Source: the human T2T-CHM13v2.0 reference genome, Homo sapiens
DNA: 64,000 bases
Strand: one strand, 5' to 3'
Assembly (NCBI RefSeq): GCF_009914755.1
Contig: NC_060947.1
A program made the translations under genes and the position numbers. How positions within the stretch are numbered: position 1 is the first letter of the stretch; each line of letters opens with the position of its first letter. The notes below the pieces were generated by a model. It ran no database searches and was not told the origin of the DNA. It saw only the letters and a program-made list of their open reading frames with translations. Shown here piece by piece: positions 13,171 to 28,485 of this stretch.

Positions 13171-14456
13171 CATGGAGAGCACATGAAACAGATTTGGCCT
13201 CCCAGCCGACTACTACAAGCAGTGAATTTTATTCATCATCTTTTGGGCTCAAGAGGTTCCAGTCATGTGATGTGATGTTCAAAGTGCTGCCAAAGAAATA
13301 AGATCAGGGAAATGCTCAAAACAGTAGGATAAATAAGTACAATTACTAGAGCTCCACAGCTACCCTCTGGCTGCTTCAGATTGATAAGTGGATGAACCTG
13401 GAGCCTGTGTATTTTGCCAGGGATATTCTGGCAAAGTGGAAAGGCTGAGCTGAAGAACTAGACTGAGACTCCTAGGTGGCCTGTACTTGAGGTGGCAGTT
13501 TGATGAGTCAGGTGCCAAGTAGAGTTTTCCCTGTCATTCCTGCAAATTGATTAATCTCTACATCTGAGAAAACCTCTGTGTTATTATTTTATCAATAGCT
13601 AAAAGGAGCAGATGAAGATGAATTTTAGCCAGGGCACATCCGAGGGGCTCTTAGTAGATACCACAAGGAATTAAGATCCTGTTACGTTTTAACCTGACAC
13701 AAGATGTCACCATTGCTCCTGTGCTTTTAGCAATAACAGTATGAAGTCAAACAGCTGTAAGCGTTTGACTCCCCAGTTATACAAGTTGTTTGTTTTTCCA
13801 CCTCACAGGGAGAAGAGTGAATAACGCTGTCAATGAGGCTTGTTAATCTGTAGCCCATTCCATCCATTCAAGTTAAAGTATTTATTGCATAAACACGTAT
13901 TTGATTTTTCCCCCTTGTTCCAGCTATGGATCAAGATTAACATCTCTTTGTGAACACTTCACGTGGAGACTTTGGTGAAGGTGACTAAAACAAGATAAGC
14001 TGAAATTTTTACAGGATAACTGGAAAATTGCATATTGTGTTTTTGTTTGGCTTCACCGCTGCTGACAATGTTGAAATGATCTCCAGGTACCATGCTTAGT
14101 TTGGTGCCACAGTGGAAAAAAGGCATGGACATTAGTCCAGGTTACCAATGGTTAAAAAGCAGAGTGGGTAAAAACTCTTTGGAGGCCTAAAACATCATTG
14201 GCAATGTTGCCAAGATGGAGAAAACTGCGCTTACAGAATTTTTTTCACACACAGCACTGCACATGGTTGGAAGGAATACTTTGCAAAGTTGGTTGGAGGT
14301 GAGGAAGGCGTGAACTCAAAGTACAGCTGAGTGAAGTGTGGGATTTTAGGGTGGTGTTGCTTTACTGGGAACGTTAAGAGAGGCTGGGAGTACCAAGCAC
14401 CCTTAGACTCTGTTGTTCCCCTACACTACCCCTACTCTTCTCTCTAGAAACACTGA

Positions 14457-14791
<335 letters not shown>

Positions 14792-15044
14792 GTTGTATTT
14801 TTTTTTCTTTCTTTTTTTTCACCAAAGTATTAATATCAATTGACTGAAGCCTGTGGAATTACAGTGATAAATTTCTTTGTTTTCCAATTTTTCTATAATG
14901 AGTATATAACTAGAAAAAAACCCTTCAAAACCATATGATTCCAGAGATTTATAGTAAAGAGAGATGTTGCATGTTATTAGTTAAAAATATATTATTGTCA
15001 TCTACTTCCTAGTCAACCCAGATTAAGATGTATCTAAAGCTCTG

Positions 15045-15490
15045 AATCAATCAGGGTCCTGGGAGGAGGTACATGACACATTCAAATTAGGTGGTTTGAA
15101 GAGAATTTAATAAAAGGACTGTTTCCAAAGGTGCGGGCAGAGTGTAGGGAAACTGTAAGGGAGAATGCAGTACCTGAGGGTAGAACAGTGGAGCTGTTAC
15201 CACCATTAAGTCTGGAGAACAAGAGGAGAGAGAGCTTTGTGGACCACCCAATGGGTGTCGTAATCTGCATTGGAGAATTGTAGACAGCCTATGCTGCCAA
15301 CACATGGAGGGAGCTGGCACATTAATGACCTGATCTAAATCAATCTTCTCTCTCACTCCAATCCCACCTATTAGCCAATTCAAGTAGGAGTATTAATGCC
15401 GTCCATAGGATTCGACTTCCCAGGACACTGAACAGAGAGGAGCTGGGGAAAGAGTAAATCTGAGAAGGAAATGGAAGATGTACAGCAATG
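15045..15490 (-). mobile_element. Old ERVL-type LTR (LTR41-like)
   Basis: CAGGGTCC...CACATTCAAATTAGG...AATTTAATAAAAGGACTGTTTCCAAAGG pattern. Confidence 0.5.
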
Positions 15491-15649
15491 CTTTTTTTTT
15501 TTTAGAAGCGCTACATTTTATTCAACTCTTACTTGAGTCAGAGATAAAATTGACCCCCATTACACATTCTTTTTGTAAGTAAGTAGGAATATAGTTTAAA
15601 GATATAGTTAAGGATATAGTTAAGGAGGCTGGTGGATACTCCAGAGCGG

Positions 15650-15870
15650 GGCCATGAGGTGTTGTGGTTCAAATAGTTCAAATTCCCACTCTGTTACTTA
15701 CAGGCTAGGTGACCTTGAAAACATATTTAATTTACTTGAGGCTTTGTTTCTTTATCTGCAACTGGAGATAATAATACACATTCGATGGATTTATTTTGAG
15801 GATTAAATGTATATAATGTGTTTAACACACACCTCACACTTAGCAAGGGCTCAATAAATACATTTGTTAG
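15650..15870 (+). mobile_element. MIR
   Basis: GTTCAAATTCCCACTCTGTTACTTA...GAGGATTAAATG...GCTCAATAAAT. Confidence 0.75.
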
Positions 15871-18800
15871 TAAAGACTCAATATAAGCTTAGTTTAGTGG
15901 AAACAGTGCATACATAAATGGGGCTTGTCAATTGGTGGATCTCATTGTAAGGCGATTAAGAGGGCACCTGGATGTTCTTTGGGGATCCCCATATGTTAGT
16001 ATCTTAGGTGTTTTCTCAGGGATCATTCTCTTATCTGGACAGTAAATGAGTGGCTGTTGATGTTCTCAGAGCCAAGTTGGGGAAGGAGCTGGGAGGATAT
16101 CACTATTTGGGATGTAATAACTTCGAGTAAATTCCTCCATTTTCAGTTTAGCACCCCTGCCCTCAGCTACGGCTTTTGTTTTTAAAGCTTTCTGCCACTC
16201 AACCTTCAGAGGTACCTGGTGACTCCAATTCCTGAGCATCCCTGAGATCTTGCAGCCTGAACTGGCTTTTTCTTGCCACTGCTACCTGACTCCGAATCCT
16301 TGCAGAAACTTAGGTTTTAGCTTTCTTCTAAATCAGCTGCCACTTAGCCATCTGCTTCCCAGCTTTCAAAGTTTTATGGCCATTTCTCATTTGCTGCCAT
16401 CTACTCTCTCATTCTTTTTGACCTTATGGCCTTCCTTTAAAAAAAATCCTCTTTCCTGCTACAATTAACCCAAGATCTTCTAATCCTCATTTTGTTTTGT
16501 ATCTAAAACTGAATGGGTGCTCAGGAGAAACTACAAGTAGCTTAAGGTTATTCAGCTTCTCAGGGTCACTTTTCCCCAAGCACTCACCTGCCAGATATCT
16601 TAGGAAGCCCCATTTCCACCTTATAAACTTACTTTTCTTTGCTGTGTTGATTCTTCCTGAGACATTTGGCCCATTAAACCCAGTGCATTACATATTCCCC
16701 CATTTCACTTTAGAGTCCAGTTTTTTTTTTCTTTTATTTCTGAGAAGACTGGAGGTGTGCACATGATTAGGATTGAAATGAATGAATTTATACTCTATTT
16801 ATAGAAATTTGGTGACATGTCTCCCAAGGTATAAATAGAACAATGGGTGTTGACAAGATTTTCTGTAACCGTGGATACCCTGCAATTATTCTTGAATCAT
16901 ACTCATTGTTTATCTGTATCTGAAATTTAACAAACAGGGCTCTTGCTACTAACTCAGAATTTTTCCAATGAAAACATGTCTCCCATAATTATTCTCTTCT
17001 CATGAGTCAGGCTGCATCTTTCAAGTTTAAATTCAGCTAATACATTTCAGTGGGTTGAATCAATCATTGTTCTTGGATAATGACTGAAAATTCATGATAA
17101 AAATAATAACAATGGTGATAACAATGATGACAGTGTTGTAATAAAAGCAAAATATTCCAACAGAGTAGTTTGAAAAGCACCTGGCACTAGATCATCTACA
17201 ATGACATCTGCAATCCTTCCAGTTCATCCACTTGGATGCAACACTTGGGAGAATATCTGCAGAATGCATTGGTCCACCTAGCTTTACATGCTTCAGGATT
17301 GTTTTCAGTTTTTGTATTCCACAAAAGCTCTCTCCAGAGTAAGTAACACTATGTAACCAGTTCAGTGAATATTCCATTTGATATACTTAAACTGGTTGAC
17401 CATTCAGCAATTCACTTTGTTTTACACTCCATTTCCTCATTTGTAATATAGTATGCCATAGACATTTCAAGTATAACTTAAAATTGTTTTTAAGCTTCTG
17501 AGTTTGTAGCAAAGCATATATTTTTCTTGGATGTTTTCTTTCTTCTGGGGTTCTGGCATTCTCTGAGTTAGCCATACTCCATTTATAATGATCCACTTTA
17601 TTATAGCTAAAACCTGTCATATCATTACATCTCAAATAACCAAAATACATCTCTGAAAAATATTCTAGAAAGTTTTTCTGATGCCAGGAGCAGATTTGAA
17701 TTATTCTTATTGTTCTAATACATGTTAAAGCAACTTGTTTTTATCCAGCTCTCTCTCTTCTTTTTATTAATCACATAGTTTTATAGAATATATGCATAAT
17801 ATTTAATATAAGTCAATATTCTAATAAAAATGAAGTCTTCAAAATGCTTAGGTTTCATTAAAAAATTAGTGTAAAACTACAGCCTTGGGGAGGTATTCCC
17901 TAAACTCCCTTCTGGATGCAGAATTACATTGGATTTGATTTCCATATGGTTTTATGGTTTCCCTGGAGAAAGTCAAATGCTTTGGGAACTGTGACAACAA
18001 TGCAAGGAGTGAAGGGGAAGTTACCTCATTTCAAGGAATAGAAGGGAACAGTATTCACTGAGGAGGATTTCCATTGGGAATAGGGAGTGTTGGACCAATA
18101 GTTAAAGTACTTATGGGAAAAGGAAGTATAAAAATTAAATCTGGCACCACAAACTCTCTTGAAAACCAACCTCTAGGTTGGGATGGAACTCCGGGCATCT
18201 GTAAACGAGGGCATGTCTCTTGTCCTGTCCCACTTGGGAGTTCATATCTAGTTCTGACTAACACCTGCCATGAAGAAGCATTGCTCGGGTGAATGCTCCT
18301 ATAATTCCTTGTACAACGTAGCATTGGCTTTCTTTGATAATCTTACCCCTAAAACATTTGCCTTTTCCATCAAAGAATAAAAGATAATGTTTCTGATCTT
18401 GGGTATTCTGTGTTCTGTATTAAAAAAATATCACTCTGGAAGATATCTAGCTTTAAATCATAGGCTAATGTGAAATTCATAAGAATTTTGTTATGATAGA
18501 AAAATATTAAATTGGACATAAACATTTAGAATAGCTACTTTATTCTCACTGGTATTCTCATGGCAGAAGATATACATTTTTATTCCTCCAAGGAAAATAT
18601 GTAGTAACTTTACCCCAGAAGCCAGTCTCCATTCTAATTGTATTAGGCGTACTCTATCTGTAGCATTGTCATTCCATCAGACAATTTGCAATAAATTTTA
18701 ATGATACATGCAAATACACCAATCTAATAGTCCATTATAAAAGATATGACTGACTGTTATCACTTTTTTCCAGCAATTTCTATGATTTCTCACGTCCTGC

Positions 18801-20384
18801 TGGTAAACAGTTCCAGAAGGCAGGGAACGCAATGTTTTCTTGTTCTTTGTTTTTTAACAGCAAGGCATATCAGAGTGAAAAGGGAAGACTAAAAAAAAAG
18901 TAGTATTGCTCTTTTCTTGTATCTGCATTAAAATTTTTATAGACTTTCATAACCTGGCATAATTCTGAGTTTTGATTTAAAAACCACCCACAAGTAGTTA
19001 TGTGTAGATGTTTTTCTTGTTTCCCTTGCTTTGGCATTCTTTTTGATCCATTCCTCAGTGGTGCTATCTCTATACACCAAGTGCAGGAAAACATAGGGGA
19101 GTAGATAAAAACTAGGTAAAAAAAAATTTGAATGGGGTTTCTTCTTCTAAGAAATTCTAAGAAATCAATGGCTTCCCCCACTTCCCTTCTGCCTCTATGC
19201 TATTGAGTCATCTTCCAACTGAGAAATCTTAGCTCTTTCTTGCTAGATATGGCTTGTGGTGCATAAATAACACTGTAGTTTGCGAGTCACTTATGATATC
19301 AAATTATAAGTTCCTGGGCAGGGTCCATGTCTCATTCATCTGTGCAGTCTCCAGACCTGGCCCAGTGTAGAACTCCGATTGAGCTCAATTTCTCAAATTG
19401 AATTCAATGAGCCAAACCAAAATTGCCCAAACTCTTATCACTACCTTTATCTCTTAATACCTGTTTTAACATATGGCAGGCCGGATGGCTCTATTGGCAG
19501 GAAGTAACAGATATCCACTCAAAGACATATGCACTGGGTGGAGGCTGGAGAACACATACAACAATCACCAAATTTCATACTGGTTCTGGTGTATCACACA
19601 GAAAGATCACACAGGGAAAAGTTCGGGATTGTATTGGTTAGGTCATAATAATAAAGGTAGTTTGGAAAGCACCTAACACTAGCTATACCACCTATTTATG
19701 GTCCTTTCAGTTCACCTAATTGAATGCAGCATTTGGGAAAATATCTGTGGAAAGCATTGATCCACATAACTACAGCAAAACAAGGGCTGTGTCATGTCTG
19801 CTTCCCTCTCCTCTGTCCAAAAACTGGCTCTTTTAGTAGTTCCATAAACATGGCAGAAGATAGTTGTTCCTAACATTTCTGAATTTACATCTCCTTTGTT
19901 TAAATGACCAGTGGAGGCTGATTTGTGATTTCGATCCCAGTTCCAAATTCTCAGAAGAGAGAAACGGTTCTGCTCAGCTTGGGTTACTTTCTATCCCTGG
20001 CCCAATATTTGAGGGCTAGGGAAGTGGATTAGGGAGTTATAAATATAACGCTCAGTGAGAGACCACTCTTGGCTTGGAGAGCAGTTCGAAGAGCAGGGTG
20101 CTAGTGGGCTGGGAAGATAGCCTAGAAGGGTACTAATAGAATGGAAAAAAAAAAAAAGAAAAGGAAAGGAAAATTTACTTTTGCTCACAGAGGAAAGAAA
20201 GTACAAAATGGGTAGGTATATGGATAAGGCAACCAATAAACAATATGTGCAAATTTATGGACAGCAATTAAACTGGATGAATGGCTCTCATAAATATTCA
20301 TTCATCTGGCAACACAGGAAAAAATCTCATAAGTCTTTTAAAATTAAAACTTTTTAAGAAACAAGCCCAAAAAATGGCTGTGAC

Positions 20385-20885
20385 AAAGAATACCTGTCCA
20401 GTATTTATTCTCCCCTTCCTCTATGAAAACAGTTGGGGTAGTTTCATGCACTGCTAAAATAATACGCTTCTGAGCCTCCCGTGTAGCAAGGTGTTGCCAA
20501 AGAGTTGTGTGCTTAAATCGTCTGCAAACAGTGGGACTTCCCAGGAAACTTTTTTTTTTTTAAAGGGACACATAACTAGCAATTTTTTTTTTTGGTGCTT
20601 TCCACTCCTTATCCTTCATTCTGGTTGGAATACAGACATGATGGCTAGATTCTCAGCAGCCATTTTGGAACATGAGATATCCTTGAGGATGGTAGTCATA
20701 CTCTAAGAATGAAGGAATATAAATATAGGAGGTGCCTGGGTCCAGGATGATACCACAGAGCTATCATACTATCACTTCACTGCTTAACTACAGACTTCTA
20801 TGAGAGGAGAGTAAATCTCCATTTTGGTTAAACCATTTTAATTTCCAGTCTCCATGACTAGCAGCTGAATGTAAATCCTGACTAC
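20385..20885 (+). mobile_element. MLT1 MaLR LTR
   Basis: CAGCAGCCATTTTGGAACATGAG...CTAGCAGCTGAATG. Confidence 0.6.
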
Positions 20886-21079
20886 TTAAGAAGTCTCTGT
20901 TCAATAAGGAGCATTAGGTGATTGACTGATGGTGACTGATAAAAACGAGGTTCTTGACAAGACCCATCACTGAAACTAGTTTGTTCAGATCCTGACTAAG
21001 TTTCCATACTGGCTATTAAAACAAAATGATGCACAGATAAGATAAACAAATGCATGTCGCCTTTAAAAAAAACAATCTG

Positions 21080-21867
<788 letters not shown>

Positions 21868-22194
21868 AGTTGTAAGTAATAAGGCTGCAAGTAAAAAGAC
21901 TATTGCAGCTAAACATTTTCTCCATTCCTGAAGCTGATCTATTTTCTGGGTCCAAGTTACACAAGGATAGACAGATTCTTGGGCAAAAAAGTCATGGAAT
22001 GTTAGGCTTTTACTTCTTCTTTTCTCATCTCTTTTTAAAATGAGGAAAAACTGGGAAAAGGAAATAATCTTTTACAGCCAATTTTTAGTAGAAGTGTTTG
22101 GTAGTATGTTGTGCCTGAGATACTAAGAAGAATGAGGGATTAGATAATGTAGTCTCTCTTCTGCTAGGTCATAATGTGGTTAGGAATATGAGCA

Positions 22195-22925
22195 AGTGGA
22201 GAGGGGCTCAACCCTACACAGTGTTCAGGAAACAAGGCAGACCCACCTTTGCCATCTTTAACATGTGGAAAGAAAGAGGATGGAGAATTACATGGGCGGT
22301 TTTTTCTTTTCTTTTTTTTTAATTCTACTTTAATTTCTGGGGTACATGTGCAGAACGTGCAGTTTTGTTACACAGGTATACACGTGCCATGGTGGTTTGC
22401 TGCACCTGTCAACCCGCCACCTACATTAGGTATTTCTCCTAATGTTATCCCTCCCCTAGCCCCCCACCCCCTGACAGGCCCCAGTGTGTGATGTTCCCCT
22501 CCCTATCTCCATGTGTTCTCAATGTTCAACTCCCACTTATGAGTGAGAACACGCAGTGTTTGGTTTTCTGTCCTTGTGATAGTTTGCTGAGAATGATGGT
22601 TTCCAGCTTCATCCATGTCCCTAAAAAGGACATGAGCTCATCCTTTTTTATGGCTGCATAATATTCCATGGTGTATTCCATGTGCCACATTTTCTTTATC
22701 CAGTCTATTATTGATGGGCATTTGGGTTGGTTCCAAGTCTTTGCTATTGTGAATAGTGTACATGGGCGGTTTCTAATGGGCCAGGCTTCAAAGTGGAATA
22801 CATCACTTCCTGCCTATATTCTACCAGTCAGAAATCTGTCACATAGGAGGTTGGGAAATGTAGTCTAACTGTGAGCCAAAGAGAAAGTGGAAATGGGTTT
22901 GGGGAACAGTTAGCCAGTTTCTGCC
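22195..22925 (-). mobile_element. MLT1 LTR split by an L1PA insertion
   Basis: GGCCAGGC...CATCACTTCCTGCCTATATTC...GGGAAATGTAGTCTA motifs. Confidence 0.6.
22303..22758 (-). mobile_element. 5'-truncated L1PA 3' end
   Basis: Poly-T, GGGGTACATGTGCAGAACGTGCAG; exact 14-bp TSD TACATGGGCGGTTT (22289-22302, 22759-22772). Confidence 0.95.
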
Positions 22926-23894
22926 CCAGCCACTTAGAAGAGGAAATGTGAGAAATAATGAGCCTTTGGTTTCCTAAATAAGCGTTGTTTCTTTTTACAA
23001 GGACAGTTCCATATAATGCTTTCTTTTTATCAATACTCTGGCTGAATCACTTCATTAAAAAGTATCAATTTTTTAAGTGGACATGGAATAAAATAAAATA
23101 TTTTATGGTAGTTAAACTGTCTTAACATCACTTAATTTACTTAGAGATTTGTTATACTGTCAAGTATTCCCAGGCTACTTTGAACAGATTGCAAAGCTGC
23201 CTGATCAAAATTCTTATTTATTTATAGGCAGATTATAGTTCAGATCCAGATGTTGAATGAGGGAGCAGGTAGGGAATTTTATCTTGTGTTTCATAGGCAT
23301 GTCAAGTGAAAACATGAATTGTATTCTCTTTTTAAATGCACAAATAGATGGCAAGCCTTGGCTATGAATAGGACCTTGAATAAAAATATATTTAGGGTCT
23401 AATCAAATTGCCATGAATTTGAATGCAACAAGGCTGTTTTGTAAATTCAAAATAGCTATTTCAATATGATAATAATCCTCTGTATTAAACATCACCCAAA
23501 GATGTAAATTTTATTTTTAGCTGCATGTTGAACCAAATCAAGCCTTTACTTTGAATATTGCCAATTTGGGGTTGGGTAGGATGGGGGGCTGGGGGCAGGA
23601 ACATGTGTAAAATTTTCTTCATAACATTTCATTGAACATCTTCCTAGACTGTCAGCATATATTTTTCTAACTTGTATTAGCTCTTCGGCAATTCCAGCTG
23701 CTTGGTAACAGTTGTAGCATCCCAATTTCTCCAGATTGTTAACTACTGCATGAGAGCACACAAAGTTGGAATGTAATTAAAAATGACATTTGCAAAAGGG
23801 TAGCAGAGTAATCCAAAACATCACTTTTTACTTTACTTCCCTAATATTGCAGTTAAAGAAATTCTCTTGCCAGTAACACTTTACGAATTCGACA

Positions 23895-24800
23895 CTTTCA
23901 GTTCAGAAAGGAACTTACAGGTCAACTAGTCCAACCTTTTCATTTCACAGTTGAGAGAACTGAATCACAAAAAAGCTGGAGGTAGCTAATTAGTTACATG
24001 GCAAGGTTTAAAAGTCAAGTTCATCCATCCATCCATTTATTCCTCCATTCATTCATCCATCCATCCATCCACCTATGCAACCAACAAATATTTATTGAAT
24101 ACCCACCATGCAGACACTTGCTTAATGTTGAGGATATAATGATGAACAAAACAAGACATGGTTTATCTTCTTCTGGAAGAGACAAATATTAATTGAATGG
24201 CTATGTTAATTTATGGCCATGAAGGAGAACTACATTATGTTTTGAGAGAATATAGCAGGGGCTGACTTTGCCTGGTAGGTGAGAATGGCAAGGAAGGCTT
24301 GCCTTAGGTCATGAAGTTCAAGAGCTGAGATAATGAGTGTGTTAACCAGCAGAGTGGAAGAAGAATGCACCATGAAAACCTGTGTGCTGTGAGAAAGGTA
24401 AGAATAGCACATTTGATGAACTTGAAATAGGCCAATGGAGCTGGGTGCAAAGAGCAAGTGAGAACATGATTCAAGATGGGGCTGAAAGATAGACAGGGGC
24501 TGTAGAAAGAGACATCTCTTGTCCTAGTGAGTTGGTGTGAAGATGTAAGGCTTGGACCTGAGCTACCATTTTGCTACAATGAAGGGCCAGTCAAGGGACC
24601 AGTATGAAAGCACATGGTGCCAACACCATGGAATGCTGAGAAGATACCAGTGGAAACCAGGTCTGTGGTGGCACTGCATGAGCTGCAAGGTCAAATTTCA
24701 TTATTTAATTACCAAGAAATAATATGGGGCCACTCAGTTGTGGTTTTTATCTGAATGAGTTTAAATTGGATTTTTTTGTCATTTGTAGTTAAAAATGTCT
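23895..24800. mobile_element. MIR, L2 (with (CATC)n tail) and MLT1 fragments
   Basis: CAAATATTTATTGAATACC L2 end; MLT1 GAGCTACCATTTTGCTAC. Confidence 0.6.
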
Positions 24801-25989
24801 CCCTCAGATAGGGAGTCAGCCAAATTAAAATGGCAACCACTGTGTGCTTGATATGAGGTTTGTCATTTGGTTAGTAATTAATGAACATTTACTGAATCAA
24901 ATGCTCATCTCCATCAGTGTGTGGATGTGTGGAATGCCTTCTATGTCTATTTCAATCCTACTCATCCTCAAAGTTCAGGTTAGCATCCCTACCTCCCAGG
25001 AGGTATCATTCTTTTTCAACTGCTTCTGCCCTTCTCGTTGGTCCATTAATAGTGTGACTCAATCTATGTGATCTTGCAATTTAATGATAGTGCTTCAACT
25101 TTTCTCCTTTGCATCTTTTCACATATTATTTCTTAAATTTTGGGATGCACATCAATCAACTGTGTACATGTTCAAAGGGCAGGTTTTCTCATATGCCACA
25201 GGTGCACATGTGCAGAAACACTGTATATAATGTACCACATAATATAGGTGCTCAGTGTATATTGATGGAGTTGAATTGAATTAAAAGCCCAGAAGGGATT
25301 TGGTGATTATCAGAAAAGCTTCCCCTATAAGGCTCTAAAAATGGGCACCTCCTTCAACTTGTCACCAGTGATCTCATAACTATGCTGAGTATCCAAGGTC
25401 AAGGGAACTGTATGCTTAAAAGGTAGCTAAAATTTTTGATGACCTTAGCTAAAACTAGTGAGAAACCCAATCTCGGTCCTCAAATTCTGCATAAATAAGA
25501 ATCACAGTGTTAGGATTCCTTGAAGAATAATGAGATTTAACTCGCTCTTTATTCATTTTTCATTTCTGTGCAAGTGCTTTCATTTCCTTCACCTTTGAGC
25601 TCTGATCTTTTCCCACTGATTTTTGTTTTTTGTTCCAATGGGAAGCACCCTTGTCTAAAGGTAAGCAGTGATGCTTCTACCGAGGCCACACCTTTGTCTC
25701 AGCAACATGATGTTGATTTATTCCTCTCTCTCTCTCTGGTCCAAGCTGAACCCTGCCTTATTCACTCCTAACTCTTATACAGAGCTTTTCTCCTGTGCCT
25801 GCTACATAGAAAGACAGTCTTCCAGCTTCTTTACTAATCTTGTTTCTTTCATGCACACACGCGTGCATGCACGTGTGCATACAAACACAGTTGGCTTTTC
25901 TCAGTTCCATATGTGAAAATAGGCAAGTTTAACGAAATAAAGGAAAAGTTAAAAAATTTTAAGAACTCTTACAAGCCCTGGTAATAATG

Positions 25990-26297
<308 letters not shown>

Positions 26298-26354
26298 TAA
26301 TAATGATCTTTTAAAAAAATAATAATAGTCTGTTTGATTGTCCCCTCTTTACCC

Positions 26355-26740
26355 TGTTGGTGATGATGGGATTCCTGCCCTAGGGTTAAGTGAATGACTG
26401 AACACACAACACCAAACACTGGACAGCTGAGATGGACAACAGTTTATCAGTTACACATACTCCCAGTCTGGGGGAGGAAGCTACCACATGTCATGTAGGG
26501 CTACATGAGTTATTCACAGAGTGAACAACCAGGTGCTGTGGGAGGCAGGGTTTGTAGTATCAAGAGGGTGAGGTGGTCCCTGGTTCCTGTGGGAGGATGT
26601 GATTGGTTCACTTGAATAGTTCTGCAGTCTGGCAGGGAGCTGAAACCCGTTACTCAGGGATAAGCAGCGACTGTGCTTAGTCTCTGTGATAAGGAGGGTT
26701 TTGGGCTAGGGGACCTTGTCTCTGGTAGCCTTTACACCAC
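26355..26740 (-). mobile_element. Old LTR, family uncertain
   Basis: TG start and LTR-like composition (CACTGGACAG...CAGTTTATCAGTTACAC). Confidence 0.5.
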
Positions 26741-27014
26741 AGGATCTCTATTCTTGCTTAAAAGTCTAAGTGGGGCTAATCTAGTTCTTTCTGGCTCCTG
26801 GCTCATCTCATTGTTACTTTGGGAATAAGTCACCAAAATAATTTTGTTTCTTTTCACGTTTTGCATCTCCACTTTACCTCTGTCAACCTTCTGGGTTGGA
26901 TTAGAGTATGTCAAAGGTTTTTTGATTTTGTGCTTGCCCTAAATTTGACTGATTAAGTAATAATTAAAATGGGTTCACTGTTTATACTCTTAATTTTGAA
27001 GCTCTTTACCTACT

Positions 27015-27530
27015 CTCTTAGGTCAGACTCCTTTGAAGCAGAGCCTGGAACAGGAAGTCAGGTGTTTAGGATGTATTGCAGAAAGAACTTGTAAAGGAGG
27101 GAGGAAGCAGGATAGGATAGGGCTGGTGGAAGCTGAACAAAGGAGTGTTTTCACTTCTTCAGAGAGAGGCTCTGGACTACAAACCACACCTTGGAGGTAT
27201 CCCTGCCTTGAAGGGAGGGGTCTCCTTTGTGCCCCTGTATTAGTCAGTCATTGACTGTGGGCCATGGGGTGGGGTAACTTCCTGGGGGAGCTGGCTACCA
27301 TCAGCCCAGGACAATTCTGCAGAGGAAGGCAGCTAGGAGACTGGTGCCCTTGCCTGGTAAATGGGATCTGGGCAGGGTGCCAGTTACATCTACTACCTAT
27401 ACTTCACCTTGTTTAACTTCTTCAACAACCCTAAAAGGCAGATATTCTTATTTTTCCCATTTTTCAGATGACAAAAGTGTGGCATAGAAAAAGCATGGCA
27501 AAAGTGAAGTCAGCATTCCAGCCCAGAGAC
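27015..27530 (-). mobile_element. LTR16-type LTR followed by MIR
   Basis: TTAGGTCAGACTCCTTTGAAGCAGAGCCTG; MIR CCCATTTTTCAGATGA. Confidence 0.55.
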
Positions 27531-28485
27531 ACCTGTGCCTGTTTTAAAAGCATTACAGGGAAGCACACCTGATCATTCCAAAGTCTCTTCTAGCTCTTTA
27601 TTTTATGCTTTTACTCTAATTCAATTCATGAAATATACATTGAACACTGAAACTGTGTAGAGTTGTCTTACAGGAGTGTTTTACAGACTAGCCTGTGTTA
27701 CATTGTGTGCCTCTCCACCAGAGGCTTTGATGTTGAAAGACCCTTGGGCCCATTTCGTCCAACACTTCATATTACATAATTAACTATGCATACCTTTTCG
27801 GATTCAGTCTCAAACTATCTGATGAGTTTGTTCTTCTTAAATCATCCGTGAGAAGTATCTGCTCATAAAATATGTCTTTTAATGAGGAAATATGACAATG
27901 GATCTTCATTTAAGTCAGTAATTAAGGAATATCATGGATAGGATCATTATCTCAGCTTTCAGCATTTTTTTTTCCTCATGAGCATTTTTATCCTCAAGCA
28001 AATAGCTTGAATGAAAGGGGCAGATGATTAAAGATTTTCGGGATAAGACCAGACATTTTGCCTTCCCAAGTTTTTGGTGCAAAAGAGAAATGGCTGTGAA
28101 CCATGGACCCTCTGTAAAAGATGGGAGATCCATCTTCTTACAATTTTACCTTCTTGCTTACAAAAATGGGATGGACATCCGTCACTGGTGATCCCTGGGG
28201 AGAAAGGGGAGATTGCTAGGTAGGTTGAGTTTTTGCCTAAGATTTTCTAAATTTCGATTTTATTTATTCATACATTACATAGTTTAAATTCAAAGTAGTA
28301 TTATAGCAAAAAGTCTCCCTCTCTCATTCTGCAGGTACCCAGTTCCATTTCCCAAAGGCAACAATGTTCAGTTTCTTGATTATTTTATTTTTCAGAAATG
28401 TTTTATGAATATTCAAGCAAGTACATATAAATATTTCCCAAGGTTTTTGAAAATTCAGTGGTTAGGGTAGAAGCAGGAAAATTCA

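Noticed and set aside
17160-18350. Several 60-90 aa ORFs in sequence with no recognisable repeat
   Set aside because: No recognisable domain or convincing splice structure; lengths are expected by chance. A Dfam or BLASTX search would be needed to exclude an ancient element.
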